Assembly (NCBI GenBank): GCA_964036045.1
Contig: OZ038378.1
Coordinates: forward strand, 156,240,001 to 156,304,000
Source: Eutreptiella sp. 'Long Island Sound 2002'
Lineage: Eukaryota > Protista > Euglenida
Reading direction: 5' to 3'
DNA: 64,000 bases
Shown: piece by piece, positions 10,770 to 23,100 of the stretch
How positions within the stretch are numbered: position 1 is the first letter of the stretch
Layout: every line of letters starts with the position of its first letter
Translations under genes and position numbers: made by a program
Notes under the pieces: generated by a model
What the model was told of the DNA's origin: nothing
Database searches by the model: none
What the model saw: only the letters and a program-made list of their open reading frames with translations

Positions 10770-13700
10770 GTGTACCATTCGCGGCCAATAAAAGGCCGGT
10801 GACACTGCCGCACACGATCCCTATTGTGGATGTGTTATGTGACTACCTTGCCTACACTTGACACATAAGCGTCAACCTTTTGCATATGGATTTGCGTGTT
10901 TTCCAACGATATGCAACAAGTGCTTGCGATCCTAGAAGAGGCGGCGGAGATCGTATCATGTCCGGCAGGTCCGGAGCTTTGGCAGGAGTGGTGATGACGT
11001 TGTGCTATGCAATTTCGGAGGAACAAAAGCACCGGGTGGGTGACGGACGGGGCGCACGGGACGGGTTGGTGCTGCGCATGAACCCAACAAAGTGAGTCCA
11101 AGGTCTGTGGGGCGGCGGTCATCGGTGGTAATGCGAAGACAGGCGGTTGCAAGGCCTAATGGACAGGAAAGGCAAAGAGAGGCGGATAACCGTGGCCCCC
11201 CGGTTAGCGGTATCCAGAAGAGAAACGCGTCCAAACTAGTTGCCGAACTACCGGCTTCTAGGGCACTCTAGCCGTGCGGTTCTTGCCCTATTGTACTTGC
11301 CATAGATGTGTCCACCGGGCTCTGTATTGACTGCTCCTGTGTTCCTACGCCAGCCAGTGCCTCTCGCAGCGGTCCTAAGCCCAAGCTTGCCCCTGCCAGG
11401 CACACGGTCTAGGATGCCACTTGAGCTGGTTTGGGTAGTAGCAAACAATGTCGTTTTTTTTCGGACGTGTGAAAGGGATCGTTTTGAAATCCCTTCGGAT
11501 TTCGTTGTCATGATTTGGACTTGTATGTCGCGGGAATGGGGGCTTTGAAGAAACTTTGGTGGTGATTTTGGTGAGTTTTTGGAGGGACCAAAAAAGATGA
11601 TTTTAACAAATGGAAGGACTTCAAGAAATATTACAATTTCGAAACGAAGCAATGCACGGTTGGGCTGGCGCACCGAAGGATGACAGAAGGAAGAAGCCAG
11701 TTGGGACAACTACCACCCAGACATCCTGAGCGGGGGACAGCCCCCCCCCCCCCCCCGACCCACCACCGCAAGTGAAGAGGTGCGTGTTTCTCGGGTACCG
11801 GGGCATGTCGTTGCACTGGCGAGCAACGAACGGTAAGGTACACTTGTGGATACCAGGCGTTAGAGTTGGGAGGCACGGTGATCCGGAGATCATATTATGT
11901 CCGGCACGGCCACTTTTGGGTCAGCACGGGGGGGATACTTTTACTCCGTCTACCCCGCAGAGGCCGGTTTTGCTTTGCATGCTCCCTTGCCTCCGGTGGC
12001 CCCTTGAACGTGTGCTCTTCTTGCACCACTCCCCGCTGGGCTAAACTAGAGGCGCATAGGCCACTAGGTGGGGTGTTTCTACACTGTTAGTGCAAAAAAA
12101 AAAATCAGAAAGGGTAGTGCGACAACCAGGCACGGTTATACAAGTCCGAAGCTTTGGCAGGAGTGGTGATGTCGCTGGCTATGCAATTTGCGAATTAACA
12201 AAAGCACCGGGCGGTTGGCGGACGGGGCGCAGGGGTCGGGTTGGTGCTGGCCGTGAAACCAAGAAAGCGTTGAATGTTTTTCTGGAAGTTCTTTCTCGGG
12301 GCTTAGCAGAATAACAGTCGGTCGGGGTCTTGACATGGAATTATTTCCACACTCTTCCATGCATACCACACCCGTAGTGCTATCATGAGCCCTGGCGCAG
12401 CACAGTCCTATGCTCATTTTTGCTTCCTTACATGCATACTATGGTTGTAGCAAACCCACCATCTCCTATTTCAGCCTCAACAGCCGACAGCATCAGCTAC
12501 AACCGCAGCCACCGCCACTGCGCGAGTGCAAGGCCCGCATCAGCAGCCGAACCCATTAGCCCCAGGCACAGCCCTAGCTCCAACCACAGCCCCGGCCACT
12601 GCAACATTGCAAGGCCACCCTCCGCATCCTCCCATGAGCAGCCGTGAACTACACAGGACTAATCAGGGCGCCGAGCCTCATAGTGTCCCATATGCATTCA
12701 GTGAAGCAATGTGCTGCGCGCTTAAGTTTGAGTACAGCAATGTTTCACTCCAAATGCCTCCATGAGTCTTCATTTAAGCATGCGGCGATCGCAATTGAAC
12801 CGAAGAGGATGTAAATGACAGTCGGCCCCTGATACCTTTTTCAGTGCGGACAGAATACAAACCGTCAAAGGACAAGGGATTCACTGAACATAGCATCATT
12901 GACAAGATGTTGTCCGCGCGCTATGTACAAGAAAAACTAGGGTTCGCTTCTTTGCGGCTGCAATATCTCTTATTCCAAGGGATGTGGCAGGCGGTCATTG
13001 GCGGTCATGGGCAGGTACGCGGTAGCAAGGCCTAATGCACAGGAAAGGCAAAGAGAGGCGGATAACCGTGAACCCTAGGTTAGAGGTATGGAGAGGAGAA
13101 AAGCGTCCTAACTGCTTCCCGAACTACCAGCTTCTAGGGGCCTCTAGCTCTGCGGTTCTTGCCCTATTGTACTTGCAAGAGATGTGTCCACCGGGTGGTG
13201 TGTTGACTGCTCCTATGCCCCTAACCCCAGCTAGCACCTCTCGGAGCAGGCCCCAAGCACAAACCTGCACCAGCTTGGCCCACGGCCAAAAGTGGCACTG
13301 CAGCTGGTTTGGGGAGCGGCAAAGAGACACAAGGCACGGTGGGGGGGGGATACGGAGAGATGAACAAAGGAAGAAGCCAGTTGGGACAACTACTAGCCAG
13401 ATACCCTGAGCGGGAGAGAGATACCACCCCCCGCCCCCAGCCACCGCAAGTGGAGGGGTGCATGGTTCCCGGGAACAGGCACATGACGGTGCATTGGCGA
13501 ACAACGAACGGTAACATGTACCTGTGGAGTTGGGAAGCACGGTGTTGCGTACAACTTGTGGCGCCGCAAATGGAGCTACATCGTACTCAGTGTAGGACAA
13601 GAGCAAGTGGCCAATGCCGTGCAGGCAGAGGTGAGACGGGCATAAGAAGGAACATTGGGCGCCAATAAGTGGCCGGTGTCGCTTCCGCACACGATCCCTT

Positions 13701-16700
13701 TGCTGGATGTGGTAGGAAACTACCAGTATCTATATTCGACACATAACTGTCAACCGTTTGCATATGGATTTGCATGTTTTGCAATGACATGTAACAAGTG
13801 CTTGCCAACCTAGAAGTGGTCTGGAGATCGTATTATGTCCGGCACGGCCACTTTTGGGTCAGCACGGGGGGGATACTTTTACTCCGTCTACCCCACAGAG
13901 GCCGGTTTTGCTTTGCATGCTCCCTTGGCTCTGGTGGCCCCTCCACCGTGTGCTCTTCTTGCACCACTGCCGGGTTGGCTAAACCAGACACAAAGGCGCA
14001 TAGGCCACTCGGTGGGGTGTTTCCAGGCTGCTACTGCAAAAAACAAAACCAAAAAGGATGGTGGGACGACGAGGCCGGGTTATACAAGTCCGAAGCTTTG
14101 GTAGGAGTCGTAATGTCGCTGTGCCATGCAATTTTCGACAAACGAAAGCACCGGGCGGTTGACTGACGGGGTGTAGGGGAGAGGTTGGTGATGGCCGTGA
14201 AACCAAGGAAGCGTTGCATGTTCTCCTAGAAGTGCTTTCGCACGTTGACATTGAAGTATTTCCAAACTCTTCTATGCATACCACACCCGTAGTGCTATAA
14301 TGAGCCCTGGCGCAGCACAGTCCTATGATCATTCGTGCTTCCTTACATGCATACTACAGCGACCCCACCATCTCCAATAATAGTCACGGCAAGTGCGCTT
14401 GTGCAAGGTCAGCCTCAGCAACCGATACCATCAGCTACAACCACAACCGCTGCGCGAGTGCAAGGCCACCCTCCGCAGCCGTAGCTCCAACCACAGCCCC
14501 AGCCACTGCGACACTGCAAGGGCACCCTCGGCATCCTCCCATGAGCAGCCGTGAAGTACACAGGACTAATCAACGCGCCGAGCCTCATTGTGCCCCCTAT
14601 GCCTTCAGTGAAGCAATGTGCTGCGCACTTAAGTTTCAGTACAGTAATGTTTTACTCCAAATGTCTCCATGAGCGTCCAATTAAGCATGCGGCGATCGCA
14701 ATTGAACAGAAGAGGATGTAAATGACAGTCGGCACCTCATACCTTTTTCAGTGCAGACAAAAAGCAAACCGTCGAAGGTCAAGAGATTCACTGAAGATGG
14801 CGTCATTGACACGATGTTGTCCGTGGGGTATGTACAGGGAAAACTGGGGTTCGCTTCTTTTGTGCTCCAGCAAACAGCTGCTACAATATCTCTGCATCCA
14901 AGGGCTGTGGGGGGCAGTCATCGGCAGCCATGCGAGGATAGGCGGTTGCAAGGCCTAATGCACAGGAAAGGCAGAGACATGCGCATAACCCTGCACCCTA
15001 GGTTAGGGGTATCGAGAAAAGAAAAGCGTCCAAACTGCTTCCCGAAGTACCAGCTTCTAGGGGCCTCTAGCTCTGCCGTTCTTGCCCTATTGTACTTGCA
15101 AGAGATGTGTACACCGGGTTGTGTGTTGACTGCTCTTGTGCCCCTAACCCCAGCTAGCACCTCTCGCAGCAGTCCCCAAGCACAAACCTGCACCAGCCTG
15201 GCCCAGGGTCAAAACTGCCACTGGAGCTGGTTTGGGGAGCGGCAAAGAGACAATATGCACAGTATGGGGGGGGGGATGCGGAGAGATGAGCAAAGGAAGA
15301 AGCCAGTTGGGACAACTACTAGCCAGATATCCTGAGCGGGAGAGAGTTACCCTCCCCCCCAACCAACGCAAGTGGAGGGGTGCATGGTTCTCGGGAACCG
15401 GCACATTGGTGCATTCGCGAGAAACGAACGGTAGCATGTACATGTGGATAGGGGGTGGTAACAGTTGGAAAGCATGGTGATGCGGACAATTTGTGTCGTC
15501 TTAAATGGAGCTACATCGTACTCAGTGTACGACAAGAGCAAGTGGCCAATGCCGTGCACGCATAGGTGAGAAAGGCATGACAGGTAACATTGGACGCCAA
15601 TAAGTGGCCAGTGACGTTTGCGCACACGATCTCTATGTCGGATTTGTTGGGTGACCACCAGTGCCTATACTCGACAGACAACCGTCAACCGTTTGCATAT
15701 AGACTTGCATGATTTGCAATGACATGCAAAAAGTGCTTGCAAGCCTAGAAGAGGCGCCGGGTATCATACTTGTTCCGCCATGACCGCTATAAAAGGTTAG
15801 CGGGGGGTACGGGGGATACTTTCACTCCGTCTACCCCGCAGAGGCCGCTTTTGTTTTGCCTGCTTCCTTGACTCTAATGGCCTGTTCACCACGTGCTCTT
15901 CTTCTACCACGTCCCGGTGGGCTAAAGAAGGCACAAAGGCGCATAGGCCCACTAGGTGGGGTAACTCTGGAGTGTTAGTGCAAAGAAAAAAAACAGAAAG
16001 GGTAGTGCGAAGACAAGGCAAGCTTGTATAAGTCCGGAGATTTGCAAGGATAGGTGATGTCGCTGTGCTATGCAATTTCGGAGGAACAAAAGCACCGGGG
16101 AGGTGGCCGACGGGGCGCAGTGGACGGGTTGCTGCTGGGCATGAAACCAAGAACCTGAGTCCAAGGGCCTCTGGGGCGGTGGTCATCGGCGGGAATGCGC
16201 ACAGAATAGGTTGCAAGGCCTAACGAACAGCAGAGGCAAAGAGAGGCAGATGACGGTGCACCCCAGGTTAAAGGTATCGAGAAGCGAAAAGCGTCCAAAC
16301 TATTTGCCGAACTACCAGCTTCCAGGGGCCTCTAGCTCTGCGGTTCTTGCCCTATGGTACTTGCAAGAGAGGCGTCCACCGCTCTGTGTGTTGACTGTTG
16401 TTGTGTTCCTACCTGAGCCAGCGCCTCTCGCAGCAGTCCCCAAGCCGAAGCTTGCCCCGACCAGGCGCACAGCCAAAGGTGCCTGTGCAGCTGGTTTGGA
16501 GAGCAGCACAGAGATGCAATGCACGGTAGGGGGTGATACGGGGATATGAACAAAGGAAGAAGCCAGTTGGGACAACTACTAGCCAGATTGCCTGAGCGGG
16601 AGAGAGTTACCCCCCCCCCCCCCTTTCAACCACCACAAATGGAGGGGTACGCATTTCTGGGGAACCCGCACATGTCGGTCCATTGGCGACCATGTACCTG

Positions 16701-16930
16701 TGGATAGCAGATGTTAGAGTTGGGAAGCGCGGTGATGCGGACAAATTGTGTCGTCATAAATGGAGCTACATCGCACGCAGTGCGGGGGCAAGAGCAACTG
16801 GCCAACGTTGTGCCGGCATAGGTGAAAAGGCCATAAGAAGGAGCATTGGGAACCAAAAAGTGGATGGTCACGCTTCCGCACATGATCCCTATGGTTGAGG
16901 TGTTTGGTGCCTACTAGTGCCTATACTCCA
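10770..16930. repeat. Diverged tandem repeat, ~4 copies (full unit ~1.94 kb; first and last copies carry deletions)
   Basis: CAAAAGCACCGGG-like anchors near 11025, 12200, 14145 and 16088. ACTACC(A/G)GCTTC(T/C)AGGG-like anchors near 11245, 13120, 15045 and 16310. TATGTCCGGCACGGCC at 11896 and 13835. Confidence 0.85.
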
Positions 16931-17119
16931 CAGATAAGCGGTGGGAAGTCGCCAAAGGAGGCAGAGTAGGTCAAGTATTGTTTGACCAAATGGGATCTAA
17001 CATGAAAGGGATAACTCACCATGACTACATTATCTCTAACTTCTTTGGTCGTGGCAATCGAAAGATAATCACCAAGGGGTCCCAATCCTTTGCCTTTGCG
17101 GGTACCCACAATGAGGAGG

Positions 17120-20100
17120 CGTAAAAATGGCTACATAGCCACCTTCCTTGGGATCCCAAGAATGGGGACGGGTCAAGATCACTCCATATCTCTTGCCTTG
17201 TCGGGGTACCCGCAATGAAGAAGGAGTCAATTTGGATACATGACCCCTCCTCTTCCCTGCAACGAGGAAGGTCATGCTGGCTACGTAGCCAAGGACTTCA
17301 CGGGGTTCACAAAATAAGAAGGAGTCAACATGGCTAAATGAAATCCCTTCTCATGTACATCGCAATGGGATGGAGACAACATGTCGACGTAACCCCTGCC
17401 TTATCGGGGTGCCAGAATGGGGAAGACTCCATATGGCTGCATAATGCATGCCTTCTCGGGTCCCCACAATGAGGTATTGCACTCAAGCGAGACGCAGCGC
17501 TCCGCCGGCGGGAGTGTGCGACGTGCATTGACGCGATACATTTGGGGCTCGAGAGGCTGAGGCAGATGCAGATCGTGCTAGTGCAGCACCTGGTCGTGAC
17601 ATACGGCCCCAAGGACACACGGCAGCCGGATGTGCGGGGTGTGGTGTGGTTTCAACCCGATTCCAACAGAGACGCAAGGGTCCAATATGTATAAGGCATC
17701 GTAACCACATAACCCATGAAGTTTCGGGCTCGCCATAATTGCATATGGGTTCGCGATAACTGAATTCTCTGTGTCCCAACAAGAAAGCGGATGGCTACAT
17801 GATGCCTGCCTTATGGACTTATAACCCATGTTGTAACCCCTGAATCATGGGGGCTCCATCGCGGAGTGATAGGACCATTACACCGATACCCGTGACATGG
17901 AAAAAAAGTGTTTCCGAAACCCCAAGCCGCTAAGCCCAAGTATCTGCGCCGCCCGCTTGCCCCGCACAATACTTTTCCCACATGTTTGGCCGTAACGGGC
18001 TCGCTTTCACACACCTCCAATGATGCCCCGTATAAAGAGATAACCGTTGGGTTCCACGCGCCGGAGCTGAGCTTTGAGGGCGGGCTAGCCCGCTAAATCT
18101 CTGAGCGGTGTGCGTGCCGCTTCAAGTGCTCCCTCCAAGGGTCCAAGCAGCACAAACGAAGGAGAATAGGTTCAAGAACCTTGCGTTCTAGGGTTCCCAA
18201 AATGAAGGAGTCATAATGGCTACCAAACGTTCACTCTCAGGGTGGGTACAACCGCACCCCGCTGACATGGCTAGACCGCCCCAGGGGGGTCCTTAACGCA
18301 AAAAAGAAAGTTGTTCCAGAACCTGATATTTTCAAAAGTGTGCACAAAAAGTGCAAGTCGTCACCCCTGCCGCCTCGGAGATCCCCACCGCTTCAGAGCG
18401 GGGGGCAAAATCAGAAGTGGCCCACTTGTGGGCAAGGTGGCTACGTAACCCGTACCGCCTCGGGGATCCCCACCGCTTCAGAGCGGGGGACAGAATCCGA
18501 AATGGTGCCCAAAAGAGGGCGGAATCGCGCCATAACTCTTGCTTGCTGGGCGATACCCAAAAAGGGGGGATAGAAATGGCCCACGTTGGGCCGGGGCAAA
18601 AAGGCCTCTAGGGGCGGTCCTTAAAGGGGGGTCCTTAACAAGTAAACCCTACGTAACCCCTGCGGCCTCGGGGATCCCCACCGCTTCGGAGCAGAGGGCA
18701 AATTCAGAAGTGGCCCAATTGTAGGCAAGGTGGCTACGTGAGTCCTGCCTCTGGGATCCCCACCGCTTTATAGCGGGGGGCAGAATCAGAAGTGGTGCCC
18801 AAAAGAGGGCGGACTTGCTACGTAACTCCTGCTTTCTAGGCGATCCCCAAAAGAGGGGGATAGACATGGCCCACGTTGGGCCTTGGCAAAAAGGCCTCTA
18901 GGGGCGGTCCTTAAGGGGGGTCCTTAACGAAAAAAAATCTCGTCCCTTAAGGACCCCCCTAGACCGCCCGGACCTTCTGGAAGAGGCCACAATGGGAAGG
19001 GAGTGAATATGGCTTCACACACCGCGATGTGTCGGGGTCTGCACAATGGGCTGGGGGTCATAATGCCTACACAACCCCGGTCTTCTCGGGTCCACATAAT
19101 GGGGACCAGTTACGTGGCTACATAACCCCGCATCCTTGAAATGCAACATAGTCGGCATGGAAATATGAACTTGCCGGCGGGGGCATCCCACAAACAGGGG
19201 GGGGGATCCGCATGCACATATAAACACCCGGTTCTCCTAAGGCGCGAATATGGCTAGATGCCCATTGCCTTCTTTGGGTCTGCACAATGGGGATGTATCA
19301 TTCTAGCGAACAGCGGGTATCTTGTTTGCGTCATCCAAATGTGGAGAAATCAACCTACACACATGATGCGCACCATTTTGGGGATAAAAACGCATGAGAC
19401 TGAAATGGCAGTTGTTATACAGCCGTGATTTTAAGGGGCCAAAGATGTACATGGGTTACTTGGTGTACAAAAAACTCAACTTCTCATGCGCCTGACAGTG
19501 GGGATGAATCAAGATGACTACACAACCTTTGCGTTCTTGAATTCCCACAATGGTCGGGAAAGAGCACGAGTTTGGTAGTGGGGAGTAAATGGAGCAAGAA
19601 TCAAAGATTCTCAGGGTCCCAAGGATTCCCAAGTCAATATGGCTACATAGATCCTTGCCTTTTCAAGGTCTTGCAACAAGAACGACAAGACAGGAGACCA
19701 AGTGCAGACAAATCCCCAGTTGGATGTCCATTTCAGCCGCTCAATATGTACTTCCCAACATGGCGTGGAAATGTTGGTGGGCTGAAGTTAACGATGACCG
19801 TAAGGGCAAAGACTTGGACCTCTACGCACTAGCATTTAATTTCGAAGTCTTGAAACACACTTTTCACGTGTTGGGTAAAATTGTCTACATTGCTTGGTGT
19901 GTTGTTGTCGCTTTTGCAGTGTTGTCGGCGTTGTGCTGTTTTTTCCCAGTTTAGGTATATTAGGTGGGTGCACGCCCGCGTGAAGGAATATCCCGGGATT
20001 GCACGGGTTGACTGTTTTTGTGACTGGCAACCCCGATGTACTGATGAACATTTCATCCCTTGCAGTTACACGGCATACACAACAATGAATTGAGGTGTTC

Positions 20101-23100
20101 TCGGTGCACTGCCTCGCGGCAAGAATACAAACATGCATGAGTAACATGGGTCCTTGGATCAGGATATCAATCCCCCGAAGACCCCCCAATGCAGTGCTTC
20201 TTTGTGCTGTCTGTGCCATGTACATGTTTCAGATAGTGAGACAACAGATTTACGTTGAGGACAAAGTGAATTTGTGACGGCGTCCACAACTATGAAGTCA
20301 AATCGAATCGTAACCATTGTGTGGGCCCAAGAAGGCTGGGAGACGTCCAGTCCCTTGACCACATTACGCCCGCAGCTCCCCAACCCAATATCGACGCATT
20401 GGCTATCAGCCCCATCCCCCCTTTCAGGCAACGCAACTCCAACCTAACATGATGTGGTGTTGCACAAGCCATACGCAAGTGTTGGTCTTAGAGCCCTACA
20501 AAATCAATCCTAGTGCCTTTCATAAAACGCACCCAATCATCAACCCTAGTCCGTTGCGAGCCGTTTGATTTTGTAAACATGCCATAACAGTTGTGAGTTG
20601 CCACTTGAAGCGGATGTCCGAGCCGACGCCCTGTAGTGTGTGCAAACAGTAGTTAAGTCTCATAGAGCCCGCCGTTGGATCTAAAGGTCTTGTGTGCAAA
20701 CGCGCATGTCCGGCCAGTCCTCCCTGCTGAGCAATTGTCCCCCCCCCCCCCCAGGCATTGGGTAGCAGCGAGCTCGCGGTGGCAAAGAATTGGGGGGTGG
20801 AAGGGTAAGCGTTCTCGGGGGTGCCAATCAAAGGGGACAAAATCAGAAGTGGCTACATCACCTTTGCCTTCTCTGGGGGGCACCAGAGGGCGGAAGTGCT
20901 AAAAAATCCCTGCATTCTCCGCATTTCCTGTCAAAGGCAACAAAAAAAGGAGTGGCTACATCACCTTTGCCTCCTGGGGGGCCCACAAGTGGGCGGAAAT
21001 GCTACATAACACCTGTGTTCTTGGCGTTCTCCATCAACGGGGACAAAATCAGAAGTGGCTACACCACCCATGCCTTTTCGGGGGCCCACAAGAGGGCAGA
21101 ATTGCTACATAACCCCTGCGTTCCAGGGGGGCCCCATCAAAGGGGACAAAGTCACAAGTCGCTACATCACCCCTACCTTCCTGGGGGCCCGCAAGAGGGC
21201 GGACTTGCTGCATAATCCCTGTGTGCTTGGGGGTCCTAATCAAAGGGAAAAATACAAAACTAGCTACATCACCACTGCCTTCGTGGAGCGACGTGTGGGC
21301 GGATTTTCTACATATCGGCTGCGCTGAGGGCGCTCCCCATCAAAGCAGACAAAAATTAGAATAGGGTACATCGTCCTTTCCTTCCTACGGGCCCACAAGA
21401 CGGGGGTAACCTACATAACCCCTGCATTCTCGCGGGCCCCTATGAAAGGGGCCAATATCACAATTGGGAACATCACCATACTTTTTCGCGGGCCCATGAG
21501 TGGGCAGAACTGCTACATAACCGTTGTGTCATTGGGGGTCCCACGCACAGGGTAGAAAAGCAGAAGTGCCTACATCACCCCTACCTTCTCCCGGGCCCAC
21601 GAGTGGGCCGAAGTGCTACGTAACTCCTGCGCTATTGAAGTTCCCCCCCAAAAGGAGACACAAATGGTCCGCGTCGGGCCGGTCCTTCGAAATAATTTGC
21701 AAGAAGTGGGTGGTGCTTCTTTGTAAACCTCTGAATGAATCTATTGCAAAACTAGGTAGTCTGTGTCATTTTCAATGGTGGCACAATTCAACCCGTAGTG
21801 CCCCAAGTGTACAAATGGGCAAGTGGGACAGAATCAGAAGTGGCCATTTTACCCAAGGGGGGTTTTGCGAAATGTGAAGTAACAGAGTTTTGCCTAAGAT
21901 GGACCACATCAAAGAAAGGGGGGTTTTACCCTCTTTGTGCGCAACTAATTTTTTCGAAGACGTGCCACGGGGGGTCACCTTTGATGCGCACAAATGGGTA
22001 GTTCTCCATTTTTGGGGCACGCGGATCTAAATGTTGGGTGTCTTGCTTGAAAAACGACGGACCTTTGTAGGCTTAGTCAATGCGGTTGAGTCACAAAGTC
22101 AGAAGTGGCTACATCACCCCTGCCTTCTCAGGGGTCCATAAGACGGCAGAATTGCGATGTAACCTCTCCATTGTCAGGGCTCTCCATCAAACGGAAACAA
22201 GTCAAGAAGTGGCTACATCATCCCTTCCTTTTCGGGGACCCGCAAGTGGGCACAATTACCGTAAACCTTGCATTCTCAGGATTCCCCATCAAAGGAAAGA
22301 GAATCATAAGTGGCTACATCACCTTTGCCTTGTCGGTGGGCCACCCGAGGGCGGAAGTGCTACATAACACCTTTGTAGTTGGTGCTCGCCATGAAAGGCC
22401 ACAAAATCAGAAGTGGCTACATCACCGTTGACTTCACTAGGGCCCACAAGAGGGCCGAGCGGCTCCATTACCCATGCATTCTCGGGGATCCCGATTAAAC
22501 GAGACAAAACTAGAAGTGGCAACAGCACTGAAACCTTTTTAGGGGCCCAGAAGAGGGCGGAATTACTACATAACCCATGCGTTCTCAGGGGTCCCAATCA
22601 AAGGAGACAACATCAAAAGTGGCTACATCATATTTGCCATCTCAGGGGACCAGAAGAGGGCGGAAGTGCTAAATAATCCCTGCACTCTCTACAGTTCCCG
22701 TCAAAGGCCAGAAAATCAGAAGTGGCTACATCACCCTTGCCTTCACCGGGGCCCACAAGAGGGCACAATTCCTCCATAACCGCTGCATTCTCGGGGATCC
22801 CCGGCAAACGGGACAAAATTGGAAGTGGCTACATCACTCCGACCTTCTGGGGGCCCACAAGAGGGCGAAGTTGCTGCATAACCCCTGCGTTCTCGGGGGT
22901 GCCAATCAAAGGGGGCAAAATCACAAGTGGCTGCATCACCTTGGCCTTCTCTGGGGGGCACAAGAGGGCGGAAGTGCTAAATAATCCCTGCATTCTCCGC
23001 ATTTCCTGTCAAACCCTACAAAATCAGAAGTCGCTACATGACCTCTGCCACCTGGGGGACCCTGAGTGGACGGAAGTGCTACATAACACCAACATTCTCG

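Noticed and set aside
19680-20800. APE-endonuclease-like words (RFDFIVVD, FIVVYA) in the satellite insert
   Set aside because: Motif order does not match APE and no GDFN or SDH motif is visible.
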